From Podarcis cretensis (taxonomy: Eukaryota), in contig OX638149.1 of assembly GCA_951804945.1 (NCBI GenBank), positions 79,360,001 through 79,424,000 of the forward strand: a stretch of 64,000 nucleotides of DNA, given 5' to 3'. Made by a program: the position numbers and the translations under genes. Below the pieces are notes generated by a model. That model made no database searches. It saw only the letters and a program-made list of their open reading frames with translations, and was not told the DNA's origin. Below, one piece after another: positions 50,548 through 63,766 of the stretch (position 1 is the first letter of the stretch; each line of letters starts with the position of its first letter).

Positions 50548-51728
50548 TTCCTATTACACTCTTTCAAAAACACACTCAGTAGACGAACTACCTAGGCATC
50601 TGAGCTGTGTGTGTGTGTGTGAACTATACGTTAAACTCACATATGAATGCAGACGTTTACTCTGTATTCAAGGGCCTGCAAGGGAGAAGTTATGTGCTTT
50701 AAATGAATGGCTTGGATCTGCCTTACATCACTGGAATCAATGTCCCTGATTATTATGGTGCCTTCTCCCTCCCACTGACTTCACCCCTCCTGCCTAAGTA
50801 CAAGGAACTGGTAGTTCTTGAAAGGACATGTCGTGTAAAGAATTACAAATCTCTGTAGGCTCGTTCTGGCATTTGCCTGAACATGCAGGCACTGAAAGTG
50901 AAAAATAAGTGGCAAGCTTTGCCACTAACATCCTTGTGTACACCCCCCCCCCCACACACAGTGTCTACTCAAATTGCATAGAATGCAAATAGACTTCTCT
51001 GCACCATCTACGACTTCCCTGCAGACTTCCTTGTGCAACACAAGGTGAAGGCTGAGAACTGAGAAGGGGTAGAATGAGCATGCTGCAGATAGGGCTTGCT
51101 TGTGCGCCCCACCCATCTACACCTTTTGAGTGTTCACCTGAACACACCATTGACCTGTGAGACTGCATGTCTTAGTTTACTGCACAAGCATCTAACTCCT
51201 TCAATTCTGCAATTCACTGTACATAATATTGCTTGAGGTCTTGCCTGCTTGCATTGGAACTTCTCTACCCCCAAGAAGCTACTAGATCAGAAGCAAGCAA
51301 ACTATAGTAGCATTGAAACTGGTTAACTGCAGTAAGTTCTTATAGGCAATAGTGTACATCACCAGATGATCACCTGATAAAGTCAGCTGTTGTGTACAGA
51401 TGATCTGATGAAATAAGTGGTGGCTTACAAGAGCCCATGGAATAAGAAATCAGCTTGCTTGAACTGTCCTGTAACTACATGTGTAAAATCTACACCAGCT
51501 ACAGTGTACATTCCCTTTCAACTTTCTTATTTACATTAACCTGGTACAAATGTGCAGGGAAAGCTCAAAGCTGCATTTTGTACAGTGTTCTGGATTACCC
51601 AATCTTGTGCTTCTGGTTTGTGCAATACATGAATCGCAAATGGCCATTTAGTCAGATTTTCCCTTTCAGGAAAATCCAGTAAGTTAAACAAAAATACAAA
51701 AACCATTGCCAATGTCCCATTGGCAATA

Positions 51729-52059
51729 CAGTGGTGCCTCGCGAGACGAAAAGAATCCGTTCCGCGAGTCTCTTCGTCTAGCGTTTTTTTCGTCTTGCGA
51801 AGCAAGCCCATTGACGGCTTAGCGGATTAGCGCTATTGCCGGCTAAGCGGCTTTTAGTGGCTTTTAGCGGATAAGCGGCTTAGCGGCTTAGAAAAAGGGG
51901 GGGGGAGGGGAAAAAAGTTGGAAAAACTCGCAAGACATTTTCGTCTTGCCAAGCAAGCCCATAGGGAAATTCGTCTTGCGAAGCACCTCCAAAATGGAAA
52001 ACCCTTTCGTCTAGCGGGTTTTTCGTCTTGCGAGGCATTCGTCTTGCGGGGCACCACTG
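51729..52059. mobile_element. Tc1/mariner-pogo (Tigger-like) MITE
   Basis: TA TSD; 22-bp TIR CAGTGGTGCCTCGCGAGACGAA (20/22 match); multiple internal TTCGTCTTGC repeats; CpG-rich, so young. Confidence 0.9.
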
Positions 52060-53434
52060 TATCTCAATGACATGTTTACAGTATTTAGTCCCAGCCCAGA
52101 AGCACCTTCTTAGTAAGCTGTTGCCCCCAATTATAAGCAGCACTCTCAGAAACTCTCAGTAATGCAGGTGCCTCCTAGACAACTAAGACAATTAGACACT
52201 AAGACTAATGGCTAATTCCATCCAAGTGGGAAACATGCACATGGATTAGCTTATAAGTACAACTAAACATTTTTGTAGGTTCAAATATTGTGCAGCATTA
52301 ATCTAGCAACTGGAATAAAGGGTGCAATTTTAAATTACAAATTTGACACATGTTTAGAAATAAACACAAACCATGGGTAAATTGTCTTTTAATTTTTCAG
52401 CCATCTTGCCATCCCCGTTTACAGTACATACATACAGTTCAGCATCATTAATCAAGTCATGTTTGGTTGAACAAATACGTCTAATCCCGCAAAGATAGAT
52501 TTCCATTAGATATGCAGCAAATACTCCGTTAAGTCAACATGGTTTATCAAATGCAGTCACCAAGTCAATGGTTGGTCCACTGACTTGTCTGAGATAGGAC
52601 TATTCTATGGCTCTATCTGTGGCCACAGTAGTGTTACCAAATGCGTCTACCAGCAGTATACCCAATAATATGTTCACCACAGATTTAACAGAATTAGAAT
52701 GTCCACTTCTATTAATGTTAGCCATTGTTAACACACGTTAAAATATTAGAACAGAGCAATTTATTAATTTCTTATATTTGTATCTCACCCTTCAGGGAGC
52801 TCAGACGTGGTTTTGTTTTACTTTGCTAGACTTTCATTACTGCCACTCTCTATAACAAGCAGTTTGCTTGCTTGATCAGCTCTGTAAGTCTGTTAAACAA
52901 AAAATAAGTGCATATTCTGCTAAGGATATACTTGCCAGCTTCCATACATAATATAAACTTTATACTAGCTCTGATTTGTAACATGTTAAATTATCTATGC
53001 GCAGCTACTATTAAAATATATAATGTGAACATAATTTTCATCTAGTTATACCTTCATGAGTTTTTGTTCTTAAGAACCTTGACTACATTTTATGTACAGA
53101 TAATCTAAATCCACTGTGGCTAATGTACAAATAATAGTAATAGATGAAGGAACATAAAGCAGTTATGTGTGTATTTCCTAAAGGCTTGGTCCTGCAAAAT
53201 TCTCCAGGCATGCAAAGGAATCGAGCTTCTTTAATGACAGTATAATGGGGCTGTTCATACCATGTACAGGCTACATGTTGCAAGTTTTTGTAGGAATCAG
53301 CTCTAGGTTAAATATATTTGCATTTTCAGACTTCAAAAGTCTAATTAAAAGAGTATGTAGCAGTCATTTTTGTTCATACAAGTTTGTCAGGCTATTTCCA
53401 GATGTACTACTAGACATTAAAGCTTAAATAAAGT

Positions 53435-53440
53435 TTTATT
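53435..53440 (-). terminator. EPS8L2: Candidate EPS8L2 poly(A) signal
   Basis: AATAAA on minus about 2.4 kb after the stop codon; other hexamers exist. Confidence 0.4.
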
Positions 53441-54504
53441 GACCCCCACCATCACCAGCTATTGTTACAGATTGTGGTTGCATGTCAACTGCACGCTTTA
53501 CAATGCTGGAGTAAGTAGTTTCCCAGCAAGTGTGGGAGAAAGGTATAGTCGATCATCTCCTATAATATGTACAGAACAAGGACAAAGCATCTGAGAGCCA
53601 CTGCTGCTGTGGGGTTTGGCTTATATCTAATTGTCCAAAGGTGATAATTGGCTATAAAAGGGAGCAGTGTGGCATCTGCATCTTAGCATGATGAACTGAC
53701 TGCAAACTCTGTTACTATCAAACTGCAGCATGAAACTGACTAAGAATTATAAAAATATAATTTGGGGTGCCTTTATATTGTCTTAGGGGTTCCAGGCAAG
53801 TACAGCATGTACTGCATGAACTTTCTCACCTTTTTCTTCTTCATCATATGGACTGAAAACTTTTTATTTAATGGACGTTTCAATTCATTACAATATTTCC
53901 TAGACATGAATGGGTGGTATTCAGCTAAATGCACAAGTGGAATGATTATTAGTTGCATGGCAGGACTTCCCATCTCCCTTGCAGCCCTAACCCTTTGTGC
54001 CATTCCCCCAATCTGTTCTGGAAGGTTGGGGAAAACCCAGAGCAGATTTAGGGGGTGCATGGGAAGGGAGAGGAGGGAAAGTACCACTGTGCAAGTGGAA
54101 GTTGTTCTGCTCACGGAAAGCGCTGCTAAGTGCTACATTGAATACAACCCAATTTGTCTAATAGGCCATATAATCTGCAAATTGGATAGCTGGATGCTTT
54201 GACGATGGTGATTGCACATCAGGTTGAAATTAAATCTCATATTTTCAATCGTCTTTTGATTGGTTATGATCAACTGGGTAATGCTGTAGCTCATAAGGAT
54301 GAGTGCAAAGACTTTTAACCTATTAACTATTACACAGTTAATAGGTTGCCACAAAGGTAATTCAAATATGCATCCATTTTCCATTCTTTTCAGCTCCACT
54401 TCTTTCTTGAAAACAATAGTCTTGTATAGTACAGGGAGGGAGAGAAAGTTGTCCCAAATCTTGTATTTAGTAACTAGCTATTACAATTCATCTAAAGTTG
54501 CAAA

Positions 54505-54586
54505 AGTTACAGATAGGTAGCCGTGTTGGTCTGCCATAGTCAAAACAAAATAAAAAAATTCCTTCCAGTAGCACCTTAAAGACCAA
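54505..54586 (-). mobile_element. Penelope-like fragment (truncated copy of the 40634 element)
   Basis: Near-identical to 40634-40714. Confidence 0.75.
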
Positions 54587-55870
54587 GGTCATTCTTCACT
54601 GTAAAGCCTGTTCTAGGCACTGCTTAGTAATGGGTGAAATAATGGGAAGCACAAAATGTAAAGACTCCAGGTTTCTTCTAATGTCAGTCAGTGAGAAAAG
54701 GCATCTGATGAATATATATATGTATACAGTGCTAAAGACCAATTCCAATGTGATCCACACTGCTGACATTCCTTTTTTCATGATAGTTTGAATATTTAAT
54801 TACCTAAACATCATGGATACTCCATGCCTTAAGGGTCACAATAGCACTGTGTGGGGTCTTTGCAAGAATGGAGGCATTGAGAGTTAGCCCCAAATATGAT
54901 GATGGAGACTTAAAGGTATGATGACTAGAGGGGTGCTGGGTGGGGAGGCAGGGACACCAATGCAACTGCTAGGCCTAAAGTTTATCAAAGGACTTCAGAA
55001 TATGCATTTAGCTCATATTACAACTTTCCCTGGAGATACAGCAGTTAATGGTTAGGACATTAAAACTGCCCTCAGATAAACCGTGGCTATGTTTGGTACA
55101 TGATGGCTTCCTTGAACCCTTTTGATGGCATATAAAAGCAGTGAATGCAGTTTAGAGCTAGGGAGGGAGAAAAGACGAGTTGGTTGCCAACTTCATTCTA
55201 GAAAAATCCAAAACCAACTTTAAATCACTTGCCTGCTAGTTGATCATCATCTGGTCTTGTGTTGGTTTTTTTTTAAAAAAACATGTCACACAAGTGGCCG
55301 CAGCAGTAATCTCTCCCCTCCCCTTCCCACGTTAGGCTAATCCAGGCTTTCTTGTGTTGTGTACAAAAACACAACTGAATGGTCAGCCGGCCTGTAGTTT
55401 TCAAAATACAGGGCCTTGTATCATTTCTGCCCCCAGCCCATTCTATGAGGCTTTTTAAAAGTAGTGAAGGGCCACACAGGAAGCTGACTGCCATAGATCA
55501 TTTTGAGGCCATTTTGCTTCAATCCAGCCTTTGCTCAGAACGTCAGTTCCTATCCTTACCATGCTCTGAACTTCACGCACATAACATTTATGTATAAAAT
55601 ATAGAGATATAAAAATAATACTTCATACAATACTAGAACCTCTCTCCCAATGCATGCCACGTTAGTGAGGGAGCATGGCCTCACTAACAGTGCTTGAAGG
55701 AACAGTCAATCTGGATGGCAATTTACATTGCTTAGGTGCTGATTCCAGCAGTCTTTTTTCCCCATTTTTCTTTGTTTTGCTCTCTTTCCCTTTTTGTTTT
55801 TTGTTGTTGCTTTTTTGCAAATGTGTGGGGGGACAGTGTTGGGGCGGGGGTGGGGATAAGAAGATAAAAC

Positions 55871-55942
55871 TTAAATAGCAGAATCAATCCTTTCTTGGCG
55901 TCGTTTCATGATTTCTTGAAGCTCCGACTCCCCTCTGCTTTT
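55871..55942 (-). CDS. EPS8L2: EPS8L2 last exon coding part
   Basis: [23 protein letters not shown]. Confidence 0.93.
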   Translation of the reverse strand, partial: KSRGESELQEIMKRRQERIDSAI

Positions 55943-58900
55943 CTGGAATAAAAGCAAAAGATAAAGAATGCAAACTTTTCAGTGACCTTTGAGTTACTAT
56001 ACATTTCTAATTTCTAATTTGAGTGACTTTGGTGAAAGATGAAAGGAAGGAACAGAGGTGAAAGCTCAGAGCTGTGACCTACAGAAACTATTGTGCCTTA
56101 AACACTGAAGTTGTGGGTTTCGTATCTGTTTCTCAATAAAAACACTTGATAGATGTGACTGCAACATTTTGCACTAAAACTAAGTCTTCTACACTTTGCT
56201 TAACTGTAAAACTCCTGCACAACCAGCCAATTCTCCACTACTTCCCCACTTATTTCATCACTATTTTAGGGTCAATATTATGGTTGTCATTCCTCCAGCT
56301 TTGGTTGCTGATTGTCAAAGGAATAACTGCACAGATAAATTCATCAGTACATTTTGAATAAAATCTCAGGAATACTGCACACAAGTATATTCATCACTCA
56401 TTGACAGTAGCATCAATAACTTTTATACTATATCATGTTAGCTCAACACAGAATTCCTTTCAGAGATGGGATATACATCAATACATAGAGACTGCAATAT
56501 ATCACGAATCAGGATAGCTTATGGAACTATTGAAGATCACAACAGCTAAAGAAGACTAAGGCAAGTGTGGGCCTCCAGATGTTATGGGACTCAAACTCAC
56601 ATTATCCCAGATCACTGGCCATAGTGGCTGGGAGTAATGGGAGGTGGAGTCCAATAATATCCAAAGGACCACAGGTTCTCCAACCCGATACAATGGGCAA
56701 TTTTTAGGCCCTAAAATGTACCATGGTCATGAGAGCATGTTTACCCATGATAGTCACTTATCTGTCAAACAGTCAAACATGTATATTTAAGTGGTGTCTA
56801 AAGTTTCAAATGCTGGCAACTAGTTTTTGAGTTATTGTTTTTTGAAACTACCATTGCATTTCAGTCACTTCTTTTCCCGAAATGTTTTTGGGTTGCTTGA
56901 AACTTGGCAACCCTGCACAGTCCAATGAAACATCACAGTAAAGCGCAGGCCATGTCAAATAGCCTAGTATTGTCAATGAAGTTTAAAAATGTTGGTGAAC
57001 AAACTTCATCAGCTCCTTGAAAAATGTATCTTGCTTTGAAAATTCACATTCTGCTTTGAATGTGGAAAATTAATGAATGCCTGCTTCTGCCCTGAGCTTA
57101 TTTACAATAGCAAATTGGTTTGAATTCTTGTACCAGAGAAACAGAGTCTGTTAGTCTAAGCACTACAATTTCTCCTTCTGTAGGAGGAACTAGCTTCAAT
57201 AACAATGTTCTTATTACCCACTTTTTACAATCTTGATGCAGCCTTCAAATGTTCACCATTTTGAAACCATCTAATATTTTTGTCCTAATAAATAATGTGC
57301 CATCTTACCTCTAGGAGAGACTTTTGCACTGTGATTTTACTATACACTCTGGCACCCTCTTCTCCACATACTTTTTTCAACTCTTCTTTGTTCAGAGAGA
57401 AAAGTTGTGCCCCTGTTAGTATGCCAAGATGGTCCACAGTTCTGGGAAAACATAAGCAAGTAGCTTTATTTAAATTCTTATTAGGTTTGAGAGGTTAAAT
57501 AAAAAGACAGGAGACCATCAATGACATCTTGTCCCTCAAAGTCCAATAGCTACCAAGTAGGTTTCTGAATGTACAGGTAATTTGGTTATGTTTCATAACT
57601 TTGGCCTCTATTCTTAAATTTCATTAAACAGGACCTCAAAGCTCAGTTGAGAAGGTCCCTTAGCCAGCTTCTCAGTGCTTGAGGTGTAAGAAATTTGAGA
57701 AGAGGCTTAGCTCCATGGCTATGGAACCTTCAGAGCACATGATGGTAAATACTTTTAGACCCCTTTCTTCAGCCCCTTTAGCAGTGTGGGTGCTGCCACC
57801 TCTGTATGCTATTCTAGGTAAATATAATGCTCCCATCTGTATGGTTCAACCTGACACTGTATTGACACCCCTATACAGTGGTACTTCAGGTTACATACGC
57901 TTCGGGTTACATGCGCTTTAGGTTACAGACTCCGCTAACCCAGAAATAGTACCTCGGGTTAAGAACTTTGCTTCAGGATGAGAACAGAAATCGTGCTCTG
58001 GCGGTGCGGCGGCAGCAGGAGGCCCCATTAGCTAAAGTGGTGCTTCAGGTTAAGAACAGTTTCAGGTTAAGAACAGACCTCCGGAACAAATTAAGTACTT
58101 AACCCGGGGTACCACTGCATAATGAACAGACTGCCCAAGGGCCCATTCATCACTTTCATGGCATATTAACTTCTGACTATTGCAAGATTAACTGTGGAGG
58201 TAACACAACCCATTCCCTTGCTACTAGAGTAAAACTGAGCACACACATCCCAGTGATCTGCAAACAAGTTTTACATTGTGTTCCTCTGAAATAGTCCAGC
58301 TGGTTCCTCCAACCAGCTGGACTATTCCAGAAGAAAGAAGATTGAAGAAGCTCTCAAAACAACAGAGACCTGAGAAAACATATGGTTTGGAGTGCAGGAC
58401 TCCCTTCTGAATTTCTTCTCTCCCTGCACCCCTGCTGTGCAAGTAACTTAGTTATTAAGAAAACTTTTTATTCTGCTGTTCCAAGTTCACCTTGCATGAT
58501 ACAAGAGGAGAATGAAAGAAGAGTAGAAAAAGGAACACACCCATGGACTACACAGAATTAGATAAATTAACAGGAAGGGTCTGGAACCGACGAGATCACA
58601 AGTTTACCAAGGACTGGAGTAAATTTGTGGACTATATGAAAAGCATATGTGATACACAAATAATGTTTGTGGGTTTACAGGAAGCTTTGTGAAGAAATAA
58701 TATTAGAAGCACTGTAAAAAAGGGAACAAGGGAATAGGATTATTTGAAACAAAAGGCAATGTTAAATTTAGAATTGCGGATAGAAGATTAGAAAACGGAA
58801 GATTCGCGGATGAGCTGAAGGAAGTCAAAATTATGTATCTGTGATAATATTGAAAATGTATGTTTAAATCTTGTATTGGAAATTGAATAAAAATAATTTA

Positions 58901-61900
58901 AAAAGAAAAAGAAAAAAGAAAAAGGAACACACCCTTTGCTGAAAGAATTTGCTTCCAGCCATGCTTTGACCTCCTCAGCATTGGATTCAAAGGTCAGGGG
59001 CACATGAACCTGTTGAGTCTTCTCTACTTTAAAGTTTCTCTGGGGTGGTTGTACTTTGATATTGGTGATCTTTTTCAGCAGTTCATCATTGACCTCATCC
59101 ATATGATGAATCAATTCTAAAAACAACACATAAATTTGGAGAGAAGGGGAGGGAGAGTACAAGGGTTGTCAAAGTGATTAATGAACAATTCTTCAATGAA
59201 CAATTATTTAATCATCTATCTCTGTCAATTAATTGGTTAAAATTTAAATGTATTTGCGAATTACCAAATCTTCATAGGCTTCTACATACTGAAGAATGAA
59301 CAAGAACTTGGAATTTAACAAACAAAAGCAACCATTTGTTATTAGAAAGAAAGCCAACTTTATTAGTTTCCTTACCATCAATTTTAACAAACACACCAGA
59401 ACCAATATTGCTTCCAAAAATAACAAGTTCTCTCTCATCTGCATTGCTAAATTTTTTTTACCTCACTAATTAAAATCATCCCCCAACCATTACTTCAGCT
59501 AAAGCTTTAGGTGGTTGGTCTGAAATTTGCAGCCTCACAAAGCACAAATGAAAACCAATTTGTTCAAATTGAAGAGTTACCCTTTTATATCAGTTTAGCC
59601 AATTTAGGTAAATAGAGGTGAGTATTCAGGTTAGGATAAGCAAGCAGTATTACTTCTGCAGCTATCCTGTGGAGTTAAGTACACATGAAAAACAAATGCC
59701 TAATTCTTTCCCCACCCACATTTTTTCTGCTCCAAGTTCACCTCCAGGTGTTTGTATGGCTAAACGCACATGGTAATCCCCACGTGGAGAAAAGTAGCTA
59801 GGAGTCATGGTATGGAATAGGGAGAGCAATATGCACCCCGCTCCCACACCTTTACCACTCCAAATTCCTTCCCCTGAAAGTTCTTCTCTTTAAAAAATGA
59901 ATAGGGCTAAGGTTATTCTGTGAGTATTTGCATGTCATTTGCAGTTAGTCTACAGTTATGATGACTGATTTTAACAACTCCCACCAGAATTTATGTTTAA
60001 AGTGATGGCACACACTGAACATTTTAACTGAGAGGAAGAGAACATCAAATATCCAGGGGCCATTTCTTATGTAACATTTTGATCTAAGGTTTTGACACTT
60101 ATATGTGCACAGTATGTGTTCTCAGATTAGTTAAAAATATCATGATGTACAAATCACATGTGTTTCATTCCAGCAACTGGGCAAGGATCGAGGCTGCATT
60201 AAATAATGTAAATTTTCAAGTTGCCCTTTATACATATGTGTGATGCTATACGTGGTATTCCCCCCACCCTTTGTATTTTGGAAGTTGAAACCAAAGTACA
60301 AATTTTCGCACATGATGTGGTTTTTAGCTGAAGTGTTCAGACTAAAGATCAGGGGTTTTGGCCTTTATAATATCAGTTGCATACCATGTCAGAAAATATA
60401 AAATGCTGCTTGTTCAGAGTGCTAGGCATTCCGACAATTGTATACTTACGTTCTTTGGCATCAGGAGAATTTCGGGCGAGCATTTCCCCAGCATAGCTGG
60501 CAGGTAACTTATGTGAGGGGCTAGATGGTCCAGTTCCCCTTGGACTCAAGTCTCCTTTGTATTTCTAAAAAATTAAAAAGGTGTCTCATTGTGCAATGCT
60601 TTCCTTTTAAACACATTCCTACTGTCTTCCATTCCCAATTGCTGGGATGAAGATCTATAAGAGCTGAACTATCACAGCACTGCCACTTCTTCTCCTCCTC
60701 CTCCTCCTCTTTCTAGCTGCTGCTGCATGATCTATGGAGTCTCCACTTTCATTCTGTGTTGACCCCAGATATTCCTAATTGCCAGCTGATGAGCATCCTG
60801 GTAACTCCAACATACTAGACTGCTGTTGGGCACTTGGTACAGCTGACAGTGGAGATGGGCCTTTGGCTATTTATGCGAAGGCATTAGGTCACATATCATT
60901 CTTTACAGAGGACAGTCCTGTGAGAGGACAGTGGTCTATCTGAAAGGCTGCCAGCCCCAACTCAAAAGAACCATAAGAACGTTGTACACAGGGTTGCCAT
61001 GAGGATAAAATTGGGGAAGAGAACTATATATGCCCCTCTGATCTCCCTATAATAAAAATAATCAAATGTATGGCTATATTGCAGGTTCATGTGGCATTCA
61101 AGACTGAACACATGGACAAATTTATTTATTCACATTCATTTATATTTAAGACAAATTTGTAGCTAGGACAAACACTATCAGAGTGAGTTGGTGATTATTT
61201 AAAGTAACTGCTTTAGAGTCTGATTGCAATGAATCGATGGCTAAATCTCACCTGTTCAATTAGCCCATAATCCTCCAGTTTCACCAGATCCAAGATGTTA
61301 AATGGGACGTAACCAGCCTGCCCACTTCTATTTCGCAGCTTCCACCACTGTTTATTATCTTCCAACACCTGCAAATGTTAAAAAAATACTCATCAGCTGG
61401 GAAAAAGTAATTAATGGTTCAAGCACCACATTGGGCAAAATATTCCTGCACTGCGGGGGGTTGGACTACTAGATGACCCTTGTGGTGCCTTCCAACTCCA
61501 CAATTCTGTGTTTCTATGATGACTTTTATGTAACTCCTTTGCCATTTTTATTTCTTTCCTTTCACCAATATACTGGAAAGCATCAAGCTTATGTTATGCA
61601 GCACTTACTCTTCCTGTTCCTATCCTAAACAACCTGTAAAGACTTTTGCTCCAAAATACCTGCATAGCCTATAGGAAGGTCTTGCTAATAAGGAACAGGT
61701 AAATTTACATCCACTTCTTCCCTCCGCTTTTTGGTCTCCCTCTCCCAAACCACATTGCCTTCAGTTCTCTGCTGATTCATCCCTTTAAAAATAGAGAATG
61801 TGAGCCATATGTGCAGTCTCTCCAACACTTTAGTTTAACATAGTGTATTGTTGTGAATTCTGCACACACAGTGTATGCTCTCTCCTTCTGTAGAGTTGGA

Positions 61901-62528
61901 AGGGACCCTGAAGGGTCATCTAGTCCAACCCCTTGCAATGCAGGAATCTCAACTAGATCATACATGACAAATGGCCACCCAACCTCTGCTTAAAAACCTC
62001 CAAGGAAGGAGAGCCCACCTCCTCTTGCTGGCGTCTGCTGAAGTGTCAAACAGCTCTTACTGCCAGAAAGTTCCCGCTGATGTTTAGTTGGAATCTTCTT
62101 TCTTGTAACAATATATTCTATATAGCATTATTGTCATGGAGGGCAGAAGGATTGGTGCATGGCAAGGGTGATCAACTGACCCTTTCCAATAATAGTGTCT
62201 TGGGGCAGATCCACATCATAGATTTAAAGTATATTTAATGCACATGACTTCCCTCAAAGAATCATGGGAACTGTAGTTTAAGGGTGCTGGAAATTGTGGC
62301 GCTGTGAGGGGAATACTATGGTTCCCAGGATTCTTTGGGGAAGTCATGTGCTTTAAACTTGTGTCGGGTGTGCTTTAAATCTATGGTGTGTTTCTGCACT
62401 TGTTCCATTATTTTACCTCCAGAATTTCCTCCTTCAGCACTGAAAGTTCATTGGCATTTCGAGCAGTGAAATCATAGCGGATTTTGGCATATCTCTTTGA
62501 CGGGGCCATACCCTGTGCCTCAAAATTC
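55871..62528 (-). CDS. EPS8L2: EPS8-like protein 2, C-terminal part (SH3 plus effector/SAM region); gene continues beyond window end
   Basis: complement(join(55871-55942,57309-57441,58933-59116,60450-60564,61252-61368,62417-62528)); [65 protein letters not shown] match EPS8L2; synteny with TALDO1. Confidence 0.95.
57309..57441 (-). CDS. EPS8L2: EPS8L2 penultimate exon
   Basis: [44 protein letters not shown]. Confidence 0.95.
57876..58117. mobile_element. Tigger/mariner-like MITE
   Basis: TA-CAGTGGTAC...GTACCACTG termini; internal CAGGTTAAGAAC repeats. Confidence 0.85.
58543..58916 (+). mobile_element. 5'-truncated L1, antisense in EPS8L2 intron
   Basis: 18-bp TSD AGAAAAAGGAACACACCC (58525-58542, 58917-58934); ORF2-like tail [12 protein letters not shown]...[11 protein letters not shown]...* (58543-58692); AATAAA and A-rich tail. 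Confidence 0.88.
58933..59116 (-). CDS. EPS8L2: EPS8L2 exon (effector region start)
   Basis: [20 protein letters not shown]...[14 protein letters not shown]. Confidence 0.95.
60450..60564 (-). CDS. EPS8L2: EPS8L2 exon (linker)
   Basis: [38 protein letters not shown]. Confidence 0.92.
61252..61368 (-). CDS. EPS8L2: EPS8L2 exon (SH3 second half)
   Basis: [39 protein letters not shown]. Confidence 0.95.
61430..61520 (+). mobile_element. CR1 LINE 3' end
   Basis: GGGTTGGACT..AGATGACCCTT...CCTTCCAACTC...ATTCTGTG/TTCTATGAT tail. Confidence 0.75.
61888..62110 (-). mobile_element. CR1 LINE 3' end
   Basis: GAGTTGGAAGGGACC...GGTCATCTAGTCCAACCCC on + strand, the reverse of the CR1 terminus. Confidence 0.8.
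62417..62528 (-). CDS. EPS8L2: EPS8L2 exon (SH3 first half)
   Basis: [37 protein letters not shown]. Confidence 0.95.
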
Positions 62529-63516
62529 CTGCAATAAAGACATAATGGGATTATGATTGGCCTCCTCTACCTGTTGAAATAAAAACCATCTAATCTAAAA
62601 CAACGTATTGAAATCAAAAGATATATCAGTGAACTTTTCCATTTTAGTCTAGTATATAGACCACTTTACCTAATAATAATAACAACAACACATGGTTCTA
62701 TGCAACCAGAGCAAACCGTAATACTAAAACAAACAGTAAACAAAGTTGAATAAAAATATAACCCATTAGAATAAAATTCTAATTCAAATCACAATAGCTC
62801 TCTTAATTTATTTCATGCTAACCCAGGAATTTGGAAGGATATTGGCACTGGAAAGTGTGTCACACTTTTTAAAGACCACTTTGTACTAGCTAAAAGAGAA
62901 AGTGTACGATGGCAGAAGGGACTGCATCTTTTGTGATGGATGTGGATGTACTTTCTCAGTCAGGACCATCTGTTCCTCTAGCATATACCTTCTTTTAGTA
63001 CCTTAAAGATTCATTGTGCCATAAGCTTTAAATGCAAGTCTTTCAGATGCCACTTTTGTGGGTGTGCTTCCTGGCAGAGACTAATACCGTGACTCTAGCA
63101 TTTGTATGCCATATATTGGAGCTGGATCAGAGTCACTGAGACTTGAAAGTTCTTACCTGGCTGATATTTAAAAAACAACAACACAATACAGTATTATTTG
63201 AGGACAGGTTTACAGGCTGAGATAAAACATAGTTTCAGAACACTTAATAATAATACTTTTCTCAAGCACCCATTATTCCCTTCTATTAATCAAAAGCTTT
63301 CTTGGGCTTATATCAACATCTTTCACGGGAAACATACCTCATTACTCTACTACTTTTTATTAGTATTTTTAGTATTATTAGTATTAGTATTTATTAGTAT
63401 TTGAATGTAAGAATTTTCCTGCATAGCCACTAAAGATCCCTCTAATACATTCACTTTTAAAAACCCTCCTCAAAGCCTTTATCAGATGGTAATGTGGTTC
63501 ATTGGTAATTGATAAA

Positions 63517-63766
63517 CAGTCGTACCTTGGTTTTTGAACAGCTTAGTTCTTGAACGTTTTGGCTCCTGAACGCCACAAACCCGGAAGTGACTGTTCTGGT
63601 TTGTGAACTATTTTTGGAAGCTGAATGTACGACGGGACTTCCACAGCTTCTGATTGGCTGCAGGAGCTTCCCGAAGCCAATCAGAAGCCACACTTTGGTT
63701 TTCAAACAATTTGGAAGTCGAACGGACTTCCAGAACGGATTCAGTTTGACTTCCAAGGTACGACTG
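63517..63766. mobile_element. Tigger/mariner-like MITE
   Basis: Perfect 14-bp TIR CAGTCGTACCTTGG / CCAAGGTACGACTG, TA at the right flank. Confidence 0.85.

Noticed and set aside
51729-52059. Spaced TTCGTCTTGC repeats resembling a CRISPR array
   Set aside because: Eukaryotic DNA; irregular spacing; enclosed by mariner-type TIRs with TA TSD
53762-54202. 146-aa ORF downstream of EPS8L2
   Set aside because: Non-ATG start, no recognisable domain, lies in presumed 3' UTR
62529-62572. Alternative in-frame acceptor 42 nt upstream of the EPS8L2 SH3 exon
   Set aside because: First full codon would be TAG; no support beyond the motif
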